Shown: positions 24,026-33,846 of the stretch, piece by piece
Position numbering within the stretch: the first letter of the stretch is position 1
Layout of the letters: each line of letters starts with the position of its first letter
Assembly (NCBI GenBank): GCA_965223415.1
Contig: OZ245002.1
Coordinates: 4,640,001-4,704,000 of the forward strand
Direction of reading: 5' to 3'
Source: Myxococcota bacterium
GTDB lineage: Bacteria; Myxococcota_A; UBA9160; UBA6930
DNA: 64,000 bases
Program-made: the position numbers and the translations under genes
Notes under the pieces: generated by a model
The model's input: the letters and a program-made list of their open reading frames with translations, nothing else
Database searches by the model: none
Told to the model about the DNA's origin: nothing

Positions 24026-27000
24026 TTGGCGATCAACAAGCGGAAGATCCTCCAGTCGGCGCAGAAGCACCTGCAGAAGGGTGCCCTGGACAAGGCGCTG
24101 AAGGACTACCAGACGCTGCTCAAGGCCGATCCGCGGGACGCGAACCTGCGGCTCAAGATCGGCGACATCGAGCTGAAGCGCGGCAAGACCGACGAGGCCA
24201 TAGCGGCCTACATGAAGGTCGCCGAGGCGTTCATGAAGGACGGCTTCGACGCCAAGGCCGTCGCGCTCTACAAGCAGATCGCCAAGATCGATCCCAAGCG
24301 CGTGGACGTCCTGGTGCCGCTGGCCGATCTCTACCAGCGCATGGGTCTCGCTTCCGACGCCATGGGGGCGCTCCAGACCGCCGCCGATGCCCACTACCGC
24401 GACGGGCGCAAGGACGAAGCCCTCGACCTGCTTCGTCGCATGTGCACCCTCGATCCCTCGAACACGAACAGCCGCCTCAAGGTCGCGGACCTGCTCCGTC
24501 AGGAAGAGCGCAACGAGGAGGCGATTGCCGAGTACGAGGAGGTCGTTGCCGAGCTGGAACGGCAGGGCGCCGAGGAGGATCGCATTCGCGTGCTCGTGCG
24601 TGTGCTCGAGCTCGATCCGAACCGCGTCGACCTGATGGCGTCGGTGGCCCGCTCGCGCATCGACAGCGGCAACTTCGAGGCTGCCGAGAAGACCGCCAAC
24701 ATGATGATCGAGCAGCAGCCTGACGATCCGGACGCCTGGCTATTGCTAGGCGAGGCCCGCGGCGGGCTCCGCCGCGGCGAGGAGAGCGTCGAGGCCTATC
24801 GACGGGCCGCCGAGCTCCACCGCGAGCGTGGCAACGACGACGTGGCTCGCGACATCACCCAGCGCTTCGTCGCGCCGGCCGGAGGCCACGAGACCGCCGA
24901 GGACGACCTGCTCGGCGCGGCCATCGACGATCTCGGAGCCTGCGAGGCCCCGGATCCCGGCTTCGATCCCAACGGCATGTCCCTGGGCAGCCCCCTCGGT
25001 GGCGGAGACGAGCCCATCGCGGCCGACGAGGCGGAGCCCCAGGGCGAGGATCACTCGACCGGCGAGGGCGCGAGCCTGCCGCCGCTTCCCCAGGTGGACG
25101 CGACCCCCGTGCCGGAGGCGCCCCGGGTCGACGGCGATCCGGAGCAGCTGCTGGCCGAGGCGAGCGTCTACCTGCGCTACGGCAAGCACGACCGCGCGAT
25201 CGAGAGCCTGCGCGCCATCGTGAGCCAGGATCCGACCCGCTGCGCGGCCTTCGCGAAGCTCGGCGAGGCCCTCGAAGCCACTGGCCAGACCGAGCACGCC
25301 ATCACCGCCTACGAGCGCGGCGCCCAGGCCGCCCGGCAGAACGCCGACACCGACGCGTTCGAGGAGCTGCGGGCGCGCTTGGCCCTGCTCGATCCGGATC
25401 GGGCCCAGGCGCTGGAAGATCTGGAGGCGTCCAGCGCGAGCCCGGAGCCGGCCGGGGAGCCCGGCGCGGAGGAGATCGACATCGATCTCGACGCCGAGAT
25501 CGAGGTGGAGGCCGCCGACACGGGGCCGCTCCCGGAGGCCTCCGACGAGGTCGCACCGCTCACGGACGAGACGCCGGCGCCGAGTGCCGAGGAGCTCTCT
25601 TCGTCGGACGAGATCGAGATCGAGCTGGGGCTGGACGACGACTCCGAGCCCCTCGCGACGACGGACGAGGCTCCGGCCGCCGAGGCCGACGACGAGATCG
25701 TGGAGGATCTCGACCTCTCCGGCGAGGTGGAGGTCGCCTTCGACGACGCCAGCGGCGATGCGGCCGAGCAAGCGACCGACGAGATCGAGGTCGAGCTCGC
25801 CGCTGACGTGGAGCCCGCGCCGAGCGCCGTGGAGGACCCCGAGGAGGCGCCGGCCGACGACGAAGCCGAGATCGACGACGGACTCATGGACGTGGCCGTG
25901 GAGGGCGCCGACGACCTCGCGATCGAGATCTCGGATCCGGATCTCGACCAGGTGTTCGAAGACGATGACGACGAAGCCGGGGAGGTGGCGGAGCCCGTGG
26001 TCGCCCTGCAGAGCCCCGAGGAGGCGGCCGGTGCGTCGGCTTCAGCGACCACGCCCTCCCAGCTGGCCGAGGATCTCGAGGAAGCGGACTTCTTCTTCCA
26101 GCAGGGCATGCTGGCCGAGGCCAAGGAGATCTACGAGCGCATCCTGGCCGCGGCGCCGAGTCACCCGCAGGCGCTCCTGCGCGTGGGTGAGATCGAGGTG
26201 GCCGACGCGGGCGAAGCCGCGGGCGCCGATGCCGGTGCGGAGGTCTCGCCGGAGTCGGCGGCCGAGCCCGTCGACCTGGCGAGCGACGACCTCTTCGACG
26301 ACCTGTCCGCGGACGGCGACACCGCCGAGGCGGAGGCGGACGAGGACGAGGAGTCGACCGATGGTCTCGGCGCCGCGAGGGGGGACGAGAGCCTCGATGC
26401 GGACGCGGCCGAAGACGACACGGGACCGATCGGCGTGGCCGAGCCCGAGGTCGCGGACGAATCGGAGGCTGCCGAAGAGCCGGACGCGGCCGGAGCGCTC
26501 GAGGCGACGGACGCCGCGGCGGAAGCCCATGCAGATGCCGAGCCCGACGAGGACGACGCCTTCGAGGCGGCGGACGAATCGGACGACGAGGGCGACGACG
26601 TTGGCGCCATGCCGGGCTCCACGATCCCGGCCGAAGCGGAGATCACGGCGCCCGTGGGTTTCGCCGCCGCCTCCCCCGACGACGGATTCGACCTGGCAGC
26701 CCAGCTCTCCGACGCCTTTGACCTGGACGAGGGCGGCGCCGCGCCGCTGGCCGCCGGCACCGAGGGCGAGGGCTTCGAGGAGGTGTTCGCCGCCTTCAAG
26801 CAGGGCGTGCAGAACGCCCTGGAAGATGCCGACTACGAGGCCCACCACGACCTCGGCATCGCCTACAAGGAGATGGGTCTCCTCGACGACGCCATCGGGG
26901 AGTTCCGGGCCGCCATGGGCGGCGACGAGCGCAAGCTCGCGTGCCTCCACATGATGGGCCTCTGCGCCTTCGACCTGGGCCGCATGGTCGACGCGGTGGC

Positions 27001-27610
27001 CCACCTGGAGCAGGCGCTGGCCATGCCCGACGTGCCCGAGGAGCAGCAGGTCGGTTTCCGCTTCGATCTGGGCCGCGCCTACGCCGGCGCCGGAGACGTG
27101 CCCCGCGCGCGGAAGGCCTTCGAGGCGGTGCAGGAGCTGGACCCGGAGTTCCTCGACGTCGGCGAGCAGCTCGCCGCCCTCGACGAGGCGCCGCCGCCGG
27201 CGGACGAAGAGGACACCTCCGATGCGGCGGTCGCCGACGAGACCTTCGAGAACTTCGACGACCTCATGGCCGACGGGTCCGTCGACGCGGACGCCGAGCC
27301 GGACGAGGGAGCGGCCCCCGCCTACGAGTCCTTCGACGACCTGATGGCCGACGACGAGGACGAGGAAGACGACGGGGAGGGCGAGGACGAAGCCGCACCC
27401 GCGGAGCCCGTCGCGCCCATGGAGCTCGCCGAGCCCGCGGAATCGCCCGAGTCTGCGGAGCCTGCCGAGCCGGCGGAGTCTCTCGACGCCACGGATTCGG
27501 AGCCGGCCGCCGAGCCCGAGGCCTCCGAGGAGCCGGTCGCGGAACGTGGGCCCGAGCCCGACCCGCCCAAGAAGAAGAGCCGCCGCAAGAAGAAGATCTC
27601 ATTCGTCTAG
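24026..27610 (+). CDS. Large TPR protein with acidic linkers (SgmX-like)
   Basis: N-terminal TPR array, isolated TPR blocks, C-terminal HHDLGIAYKEMGL TPRs, D/E-rich linkers, basic tail KKKISFV; downstream of pilQ, upstream of an ExeA-like ATPase. Confidence 0.75.
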   Translation: MAINKRKILQSAQKHLQKGALDKALKDYQTLLKADPRDANLRLKIGDIELKRGKTDEAIAAYMKVAEAFMKDGFDAKAVALYKQIAKIDPKRVDVLVPLADLYQRMGLASDAMGALQTAADAHYRDGRKDEALDLLRRMCTLDPSNTNSRLKVADLLRQEERNEEAIAEYEEVVAELERQGAEEDRIRVLVRVLELDPNRVDLMASVARSRIDSGNFEAAEKTANMMIEQQPDDPDAWLLLGEARGGLRRGEESVEAYRRAAELHRERGNDDVARDITQRFVAPAGGHETAEDDLLGAAIDDLGACEAPDPGFDPNGMSLGSPLGGGDEPIAADEAEPQGEDHSTGEGASLPPLPQVDATPVPEAPRVDGDPEQLLAEASVYLRYGKHDRAIESLRAIVSQDPTRCAAFAKLGEALEATGQTEHAITAYERGAQAARQNADTDAFEELRARLALLDPDRAQALEDLEASSASPEPAGEPGAEEIDIDLDAEIEVEAADTGPLPEASDEVAPLTDETPAPSAEELSSSDEIEIELGLDDDSEPLATTDEAPAAEADDEIVEDLDLSGEVEVAFDDASGDAAEQATDEIEVELAADVEPAPSAVEDPEEAPADDEAEIDDGLMDVAVEGADDLAIEISDPDLDQVFEDDDDEAGEVAEPVVALQSPEEAAGASASATTPSQLAEDLEEADFFFQQGMLAEAKEIYERILAAAPSHPQALLRVGEIEVADAGEAAGADAGAEVSPESAAEPVDLASDDLFDDLSADGDTAEAEADEDEESTDGLGAARGDESLDADAAEDDTGPIGVAEPEVADESEAAEEPDAAGALEATDAAAEAHADAEPDEDDAFEAADESDDEGDDVGAMPGSTIPAEAEITAPVGFAAASPDDGFDLAAQLSDAFDLDEGGAAPLAAGTEGEGFEEVFAAFKQGVQNALEDADYEAHHDLGIAYKEMGLLDDAIGEFRAAMGGDERKLACLHMMGLCAFDLGRMVDAVAHLEQALAMPDVPEEQQVGFRFDLGRAYAGAGDVPRARKAFEAVQELDPEFLDVGEQLAALDEAPPPADEEDTSDAAVADETFENFDDLMADGSVDADAEPDEGAAPAYESFDDLMADDEDEEDDGEGEDEAAPAEPVAPMELAEPAESPESAEPAEPAESLDATDSEPAAEPEASEEPVAERGPEPDPPKKKSRRKKKISFV

Positions 27611-27622
27611 GAGCCCCCCTCC

Positions 27623-28996
27623 GTGGAACATCTCTCGACCTTTCAGCTGAGCCGGGACCCCTTCTCGAACGAGCCCCAGCCGGCCTTCTACTACGAGTCG
27701 CCGGCCCAGAAGGACGCCGAGCGCCGGCTGCTGCGCGCCTCGCTCCAGGGCAAGGGTCTGCTGCTCGTGACCGGCGATGGCGGCGTCGGCAAGACGGTGC
27801 TCGTGCGTCATTTCGTCGAGGCCCTCGAGGAGGAGGTGTTCGAGGCGTGCATGCTCGTGCCCATCCCCGGCGTCACCGACGGCCAGTGGATCCTCGACCG
27901 CTTCGCCCGCCAGCTCGGCGTCGAGAAGCCGGAAGAGGAGCGCCAGGCCCTGATGGCCCAGATCTACGAGCAGCTGGCCATCGTTCGCGAGGACGGCCGC
28001 CACACCGTGCTGGTGTTCGACGAGGCCCAGGTGCTGGCCGAGCAGGGCCTGCTGGGCGACCTGCGCGGCCTGCTCAACCTGGAGTACGAGGACCGCCGCA
28101 TGCTGAGCCTCGTGCTCGTCGGCCTGCCGAGCCTCGACGAGCGGATCGCCGACGAGCCGGCCCTCCGCGACCGGGTCGACCTGCGCATCGCGCTCCAGCC
28201 CCTCGACCCGGCCTACGCCGTCCAGTACCTGAGCCACCGCATCATGACCGCCGGCGGCAACCCCGCCATCCTCGACCCCTCCGCCGTCGACGCGCTGGTG
28301 AAGGACTCGCGGGGCGTGGCCCGCCACCTGAACACGCTCGCCGACAACGCGCTCTTCGAAGCGCACCTGGCCGGCCGCGTCTCCGCCACGGCAGCCGACG
28401 TCGAGCGCGCTGCTGCCGACCTGCGCCTCTGGGCGGAGGAAGACGACGAGGCCGCCGAGGCGAACGCGGTCCAGCCGAGCCCCGCTGCCCAAGCGCCGGC
28501 CGCGCCCGCGGCCGCCGCGCGCCCGAAGGCTCCCGTGGTCGCTCCCCCCGCTGCGGCGCGCCCTCAGGCTCCACCGGCCGCGCCTCGCCCGCAGGCCCCG
28601 CCGGCCCAGGCTCCGGCGACGCCCGCCGCCGCCGATCCCTTCGAGGCCGCCGATTCCCCGGCCCTGGAGATGGCGGAGGTGATCGCCTCCGATACCGAGC
28701 CGCCGGTCGCTGCGGCCCCGGCCGACGAGCAGGCGCTCTGGTTCAACGACCCGCCTCCGTCGGTCCAGCAAGGCACGCCTCCGGCGCCGGCCGCGGCGCC
28801 CGCGCCGCGAGCCGCCCGGGCCTCGCAACCGGCAGCCCGCAGGGCGCCGCAGGCCGCGCCCCGGCCCCAGCCGGAGGCGCCGCCCGCGCCTCAGGCCCAG
28901 CCCGCCGCGGCTCCGGCCGAGGAGCTGCTCCTCGACGCCGAGCCCCCGGCCCGCGGCGAGCTCGAGGATCTCTTCGTCGATCTCGTCGAGGAGTAG
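27623..28996 (+). CDS. ExeA/GspA-family AAA ATPase
   Basis: FQLSRDPFSNEP, Walker A GDGGVGKT, Walker B VFDEAQ, LVLVGLP; Pro/Ala-rich tail. Confidence 0.85.
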   Translation: MEHLSTFQLSRDPFSNEPQPAFYYESPAQKDAERRLLRASLQGKGLLLVTGDGGVGKTVLVRHFVEALEEEVFEACMLVPIPGVTDGQWILDRFARQLGVEKPEEERQALMAQIYEQLAIVREDGRHTVLVFDEAQVLAEQGLLGDLRGLLNLEYEDRRMLSLVLVGLPSLDERIADEPALRDRVDLRIALQPLDPAYAVQYLSHRIMTAGGNPAILDPSAVDALVKDSRGVARHLNTLADNALFEAHLAGRVSATAADVERAAADLRLWAEEDDEAAEANAVQPSPAAQAPAAPAAAARPKAPVVAPPAAARPQAPPAAPRPQAPPAQAPATPAAADPFEAADSPALEMAEVIASDTEPPVAAAPADEQALWFNDPPPSVQQGTPPAPAAAPAPRAARASQPAARRAPQAAPRPQPEAPPAPQAQPAAAPAEELLLDAEPPARGELEDLFVDLVEE

Positions 28997-29063
28997 CTCG
29001 CAGCGCGCGCCACACGCCGCGCGCTTGCCCCGACCCAGCCCGCATGCGACCCTCCTCGTCCGC

Positions 29064-29139
29064 GCGCGAGTAGCTCAGTTGGTAGAGCATCGGCTTCCCA
29101 AGCCGAGGGTCGCGGGTTCGAGTCCCGTCTCGCGCTCCA
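29064..29139 (+). tRNA. tRNA-Gly(CCC)
   Basis: 76 nt; acceptor GCGCGAG/CTCGCGC, D-loop AGTTGGTA, anticodon loop TTCCCAA, GGTTCGAGTCC, encoded CCA. Confidence 0.97.
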
Positions 29140-30460
29140 GGAATCCTTCGGGTTTCCGAACGGTTGCGGTGCGGCGTGTTCGCGGGCGACCAATGCGAGC
29201 GTGGCTGGTGCCGAATATTGCCGAATGGGGCCGACGAGTGGGCTCCGCCGGCGGCTCCGCGAAGGAGAGGTCGACCTCTTCTTCGGGCAGCACGTGCGCG
29301 TAATCGCGCAGTACGAGGCGACCGTCGGAGTGCCCGAGCTGGGCAGCCACCCACAGCACGTTCCGGCCTGAGGCGAGCGCCTTGGAAGCGTAGTAGTGCC
29401 GGAAGCAGTGGAAGCCGAGCTTGCGGACACCGTGCTTGTCTCCGGCCACCCGTCGGATGCGATCCCACGACCGCTGGAAGTTGCGGTCCTCCATCGGGCC
29501 GCCGGCCGCAGCCGGGAAGACCCACTTGGGGACTTCAGGCCAGCCCATGTCGAGGCACTCTCGACGTCGCTGAGCCAGCAGTTCTCGGAGAAAGGCCGAT
29601 AGCGACATGGGAATCGCGATCGTCCGGGCTTTGCCGTTCTTCGGCGTCGTCTCACGGCCCCGAACGATCGCGCGCCGGATCGTCACGCGAGAGCGCTCGA
29701 AATCGACGTCCGTCCACTGGAGCCCGAGGATCTCGCCCTTCCGGCAGCCCGTCCCCACGGCGAAGCGGAGCACGGGGTAGAAGGGCCGCTCATGGAGGCG
29801 AAGTCGGGCCTTCCGGTACGTGTCCTTGCTCATGTCGTCGGGTCGATCTCCCCGAGCCCGATGGATGGTGCCTTCTCGCGTCTTCGCGAGGGACAGGAGG
29901 GTCGCGACCTCTTTGTCCGTGAAAGCGTCAACCTGGCGGGCCTCCTTGGATTGGCCCCGGGCGACCCGCTCGATCAGCTTGCCCACGTGGGCCACCGGAT
30001 TCCGCTGGATGAGTTCCTCCTCCATGGCCCAGTAGCAGGCCGCGCGCAGGGTACTGAGGACCTTCAGGATCGTCTTGGGGCCCAAGTCGGCCTCGACCTT
30101 CGCCCGGATGAACTCCTGGACGTGGCTCCGCTTGAGTTGGTCGATGGGCAGCTCGCCGAAGGCAGGCACGAGGTGCTTCTTGATGTCTCGGGAGGCGGTA
30201 ACCCGATGGCTCTCCTTGAATTGCAGCTCATGTAGCGCGTACCAACGATCGAGAACGGCCTTCACGGTCGGAGTGTCTTCGTCAGCATCGGCCCAGGAGA
30301 ATTCGCCTGCTGCGATGAGGCCGTTGATTCGCGCTGCGGCCTTCTCGGCGGCCTCGCGGTCGGCCTTCCGGGTCCCGAAGAGCTTCACGCGCCGTCGGTA
30401 GCTGTGATTGACTACCAGCCAGAACTTGCCCTTGGCGTCCTGCTTGACCTTGGCACTCAT
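29075..30460 (-). CDS. int: Tyrosine recombinase/integrase
   Basis: Catalytic R (GCRKGE), K (TPKNG), HCFRH, LGH, Y (DYAH); ORF reads through attL into the tRNA antisense. Confidence 0.95.
   Translation of the reverse strand: MSAKVKQDAKGKFWLVVNHSYRRRVKLFGTRKADREAAEKAAARINGLIAAGEFSWADADEDTPTVKAVLDRWYALHELQFKESHRVTASRDIKKHLVPAFGELPIDQLKRSHVQEFIRAKVEADLGPKTILKVLSTLRAACYWAMEEELIQRNPVAHVGKLIERVARGQSKEARQVDAFTDKEVATLLSLAKTREGTIHRARGDRPDDMSKDTYRKARLRLHERPFYPVLRFAVGTGCRKGEILGLQWTDVDFERSRVTIRRAIVRGRETTPKNGKARTIAIPMSLSAFLRELLAQRRRECLDMGWPEVPKWVFPAAAGGPMEDRNFQRSWDRIRRVAGDKHGVRKLGFHCFRHYYASKALASGRNVLWVAAQLGHSDGRLVLRDYAHVLPEEEVDLSFAEPPAEPTRRPHSAIFGTSHARIGRPRTRRTATVRKPEGFLERETGLEPATLGLGSRCSTN
29095..29141 (+). 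repeat. attL core (47 bp)
   Basis: TTCCCAAGCCGAGGGTCGCGGGTTCGAGTCCCGTCTCGCGCTCCAGG, identical to 39960-40006. Confidence 0.95.
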
Positions 30461-30711
30461 AGGTCTCTCCCTTCGGGGTGCCGCCTCACGAATGCGCGGA
30501 CGGCCCGTCTCAGTGCTTCGTGAACAGAGATGCCTTGGCGTTCGGCGATCGCCTGGAGCGCGCCATCGACAGGGCGCTCCAAGTCGACCGAACGGCGTTT
30601 CAGGTCCCGCTGAAGGGCAGGGCGGCCAGCACCTGTCCTTGCGCCGCCACGCCCGATGCCTCGGCTCTTCGTCACAGGGATGAGTATTGCCTCTCCGTTT
30701 GAATTATTCAA
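30457..30711 (-). CDS. Small ribbon-helix-helix/CopG-like DNA-binding protein (start uncertain)
   Basis: RGGARTGAGRP followed by RSVDLE...LQAIAERQGISVHEALRRAV; stop overlaps int start. Confidence 0.6.
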   Translation of the reverse strand: MNNSNGEAILIPVTKSRGIGRGGARTGAGRPALQRDLKRRSVDLERPVDGALQAIAERQGISVHEALRRAVRAFVRRHPEGRDL

Positions 30712-30714
30712 TGA

Positions 30715-30957
30715 CTACGCCGACATGATATCCGTGATGGCCCGGTCAATCCGGTCTGCCTCCTTCTCTGCGAGGTTCTCGGTCAGCCAGTCTTCGAGGG
30801 CCTTGACGGGGATCAATACGACACCGCCGGCACGAATGTGAGGCAGGGCGGGGAGCATCTCTCGGAGCTTTCGTTCGCTCACTCCGAGTGCCCTTGCGGC
30901 TTCGCCCGGGCGAAGCGCGAGGCGCTCATCGAGCCTGGGCAGCGGCTCGTCACTCAT
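30715..30957 (-). CDS. Excisionase-like HTH protein
   Basis: LALRPGEAARALGVSERKL...LPHIRAGGVVLIPVKALEDWL. Confidence 0.75.
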   Translation of the reverse strand: MSDEPLPRLDERLALRPGEAARALGVSERKLREMLPALPHIRAGGVVLIPVKALEDWLTENLAEKEADRIDRAITDIMSA

Positions 30958-31095
30958 TGCACCACCGCCTCCCGCATAGCAAAGAGGCCATCCGCCACGA
31001 GCCGGCGGGCGGGCTGTGGACACGGGCTTTCTCAAGCGGCATGGCCTCGCCTGCTCCCTCACGTTCGAAATCGGCAGCCTCGCGAGAATTCTCTT

Positions 31096-32949
31096 TCATG
31101 GGAGTTCCCAGACCCAGGAGGAGTTTGGGGTGCCCTTTGGCTTCCTGGAAACGACCCCTAGTTGCTTCTTGGCCCGTTCGACCGTGTGCCACGCTAGGCC
31201 ACGCTTCTCGGCGTCGGCCTTGAGCCATGGCTGCGCCTTAGGCCCGTCTCTTAGAAGCTCGCGCAGGAAAGCTGCCGCCTCGTCCAGCTTCTTCGGACGC
31301 GAGCCCTTGGGTGCGGCGAGTGCAATCTCCTCGGCGTGGAGATCGACTTCGCCCTGCCATGAGAACACGCCGTCTTCGATGGCGAAGGCGAGCGAGGGGC
31401 CCATCTGGGCAAGATTTGACTTGGCATGTGCCAATACTCTGGAATCCACATCCTCGGGGTGTTGCGCTACGAGCAGCGCCGAGCGAGCTGCGGCTATGAA
31501 GTCGACAGACCCGAGCGCCCGGTGGATGACCTTCACTGCTTCAGCTTTCCGGAGGTGCCCGATCGGGACTACGGCGCAGTTCTGCCGTTCAGCCATGCGG
31601 GCGAGTGCGGCCAATAGGGGTCGGATGTCGTTCGCTTTGTGGAAATCGACGCCAGGGCCCAAAAAACCTTGGACCGGGTCGATAACGAGAAGTGCAGCGG
31701 AGCGTTCGGACACTGCGCTCTCGATCATCTCAACATCTGCCAGAGAGACCGGCCTCTCCTTGCCGTTCGATTCCCTGATGTGGTCGAGGATGTGGACTCG
31801 CACCAGGTCGGCCCCGAGTGATTCGAGGCGCGGGCGGAGAGTGTCGGCGATGCCGTCCTCCGCGGTTAGGAAGATCACATCCGCCCCGCTTGGTTCGGTC
31901 CCGAACTCGCCCTTCGACACGCCCGCTGCGATCGCCAGCGCGAGCCATGTCTTACCTAGGCCCGGGTCCCCCATCAGCAGTGTCAACTTCCGGAGCGGGA
32001 TGTAGGGATGCCAGAGCCAGGAGACGTCCTCGGGCTCCACGTCCGCGACGGTCACGAGGTGGGGAGTGCCTCGCCGATCAAGGAGCTGTTCGGGCGGCGC
32101 GTGCTCCGGAGGCGGCTGCTCCTCGGTCGCTGCGCATTGGCCGTTGGCCCAAGGTATGCCCAGCCACTCCGCAGCTTTCCTGACTACAGGCTCCGCAATG
32201 ATCGTCGCGAGGTGGGGAGCGCCCCGCACCGGGCTACCCCTGCGCAGCTTCTCCTGCGTAGACTCGCAGTTCCGCGCGCGCGCGCTCGCTTCCTCGTCGC
32301 CTGCCGCTTCGGCCACCGCGCCAACGAAGGAGTTGACGTCGGGCTGCTCCCATCCGGCCCGCAGGAGCATCCCGGAAAGCGCGAGTGTCGCATCGTGACG
32401 GCCACCAGGGTCGGGATGGTGTTTGGCCAGAAGAGAGGCGGCGGCCAGACGAGCCGCGGCCGCCTCTAGGGCGTCGGCTGGCACCTCGGCCGGGAGGTTG
32501 TTCTTGGATTGCCACTCGTAGCGCTCTCCCGAAGGGTGGCAGGAAGGCGGGACGACAGTCTGGGCACCGCCTGCGCGCAGCTCGACCAGACAGGCCCCAT
32601 CAGAGGGGTCGCGAAAGCGCCTCGTCTTCCCATCCATCGACCGAAAGAAATGGTGGGATGCAGGAGCGCCGCGCCGACCAGCGACCCATTCAGTCGCAGG
32701 CAAGAAGCGACGGGCGAGCGCACGAGCGCACGGGGCATCCAGGTCGATGTCGACCAGGTCGCCACTCCGGGGACCCAGGAGCACACCGAGGTTGGCAGCC
32801 CCGTCCCGTAGATCCCTGCGCAACGCATCGTCGGTAGGGTCGTAGTTCGGCCAGTCTGATGGAATCGGGCGCTTGCCGCGGGCAACTACTGGAATCGGCA
32901 GCATCCCAGCATTCCTCAGCCGCAAGGCCTCCACGAGCAGCTCACCCAT
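31096..32949 (-). CDS. Bifunctional primase-polymerase fused to a RecA-like (AAA_25/RepA) helicase
   Basis: Prim-Pol motifs GKRP, NLGVLLG, LVDIDLD, VVPPSCHPSG..YEW; Walker A GDPGLGKT, Walker B LLVIDP; KSNL. Confidence 0.85.
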   Translation of the reverse strand: MGELLVEALRLRNAGMLPIPVVARGKRPIPSDWPNYDPTDDALRRDLRDGAANLGVLLGPRSGDLVDIDLDAPCARALARRFLPATEWVAGRRGAPASHHFFRSMDGKTRRFRDPSDGACLVELRAGGAQTVVPPSCHPSGERYEWQSKNNLPAEVPADALEAAAARLAAASLLAKHHPDPGGRHDATLALSGMLLRAGWEQPDVNSFVGAVAEAAGDEEASARARNCESTQEKLRRGSPVRGAPHLATIIAEPVVRKAAEWLGIPWANGQCAATEEQPPPEHAPPEQLLDRRGTPHLVTVADVEPEDVSWLWHPYIPLRKLTLLMGDPGLGKTWLALAIAAGVSKGEFGTEPSGADVIFLTAEDGIADTLRPRLESLGADLVRVHILDHIRESNGKERPVSLADVEMIESAVSERSAALLVIDPVQGFLGPGVDFHKANDIRPLLAALARMAERQNCAVVPIGHLRKAEAVKVIHRALGSVDFIAAARSALLVAQHPEDVDSRVLAHAKSNLAQMGPSLAFAIEDGVFSWQGEVDLHAEEIALAAPKGSRPKKLDEAAAFLRELLRDGPKAQPWLKADAEKRGLAWHTVERAKKQLGVVSRKPKGTPNSSWVWELP

Positions 32950-33424
32950 CGCCGTTCTCCGGCGGAATCCGATTCCCGGCCAACGACCGCTCGATATCGT
33001 CCGCTACGCGGCGAAGGACCGAAGCCCGTGGTTCGGCCGGATCGCCGTCCGCGACGGCATCGAGGACGGTGGCTGCTAGTTGGAGGGGGTCAGGAAGCGG
33101 TGAGGGACCGTCAATGATTTCGAACGGCGTGATGCCCTTGACCGGGCGCCAAGGCTCGATCGGAATTCGCACCGTCTCCTCGCCGAGGCCGACGACGTCC
33201 ACCTCAATTCGATGGGGGTGGGGTGCTCTCCCGCGAGGCGGACGGGTCGTGGCGTCGTCGATACGATAGCTCCGGAGCCGGAGGTCAGAGCGGTCGAGCT
33301 GAAAGGCCTTGCGCACGATTCGAAGGAGGCGGGCTGCGAAGGTGGCAACACCCTGGTTGGCGGGAATGTGCCGCCGGGCGATGTTGGAGGAGGCCGTGCG
33401 CCTTGTTATTCTGTCGTTGGACAT
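32942..33424 (-). CDS. Hypothetical protein of the island
   Basis: ORF with GAGGA RBS; stop overlaps the primase start. Confidence 0.5.
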   Translation of the reverse strand: MSNDRITRRTASSNIARRHIPANQGVATFAARLLRIVRKAFQLDRSDLRLRSYRIDDATTRPPRGRAPHPHRIEVDVVGLGEETVRIPIEPWRPVKGITPFEIIDGPSPLPDPLQLAATVLDAVADGDPAEPRASVLRRVADDIERSLAGNRIPPENGDG

Positions 33425-33498
33425 TCGTTCCTCGTGAGGGCGTCGCTGCATGTGGTGAAGTGCGACCGCGGCGCCCTCCGTGTGTGCGGTGGGGGTTG

Positions 33499-33714
33499 CT
33501 AGGAATCCTCGCTGGGCGCGCAGCCCACAATCGGAGTCAACGGGGGGCGCCGGCTCGCACTAGGCCTGCCCGGAGCGCTGCCCCGCCTGCCGCTTTCGAT
33601 CTGCTCTGCGAGGTGGCGTCGCACTTCGGCGAGCAGGCCCGGGTCTCGGGTGCGCCCGAGCACCTGCACGGCGCCGCCGGGCTCAGCCCAGCGCAGAAGG
33701 GTGAGTTCGTCCAT
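33499..33714 (-). CDS. Small hypothetical protein (71 aa)
   Basis: Strong GGAGGA RBS 7 nt before ATG; same strand as the replication module. Confidence 0.5.
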   Translation of the reverse strand: MDELTLLRWAEPGGAVQVLGRTRDPGLLAEVRRHLAEQIESGRRGSAPGRPSASRRPPLTPIVGCAPSEDS

Positions 33715-33846
33715 GGGATCGTCCTCCTAGGTGAAGCGAGTGGTCAGTTCGTCGCTTCACCTAGGAGAACGGCAGCGCACCCAGGTCTTGGGACACGAGG
33801 GCGCGCTTTTTCTGAGGAGGGCTTCCCTGGGGGGCAGGCTTGGGGG

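Noticed and set aside
30950..31099. 49-aa ORF coupled between the primase and the xis-like gene
   Set aside because: ATGA overlap is suggestive, but there is no motif or other support
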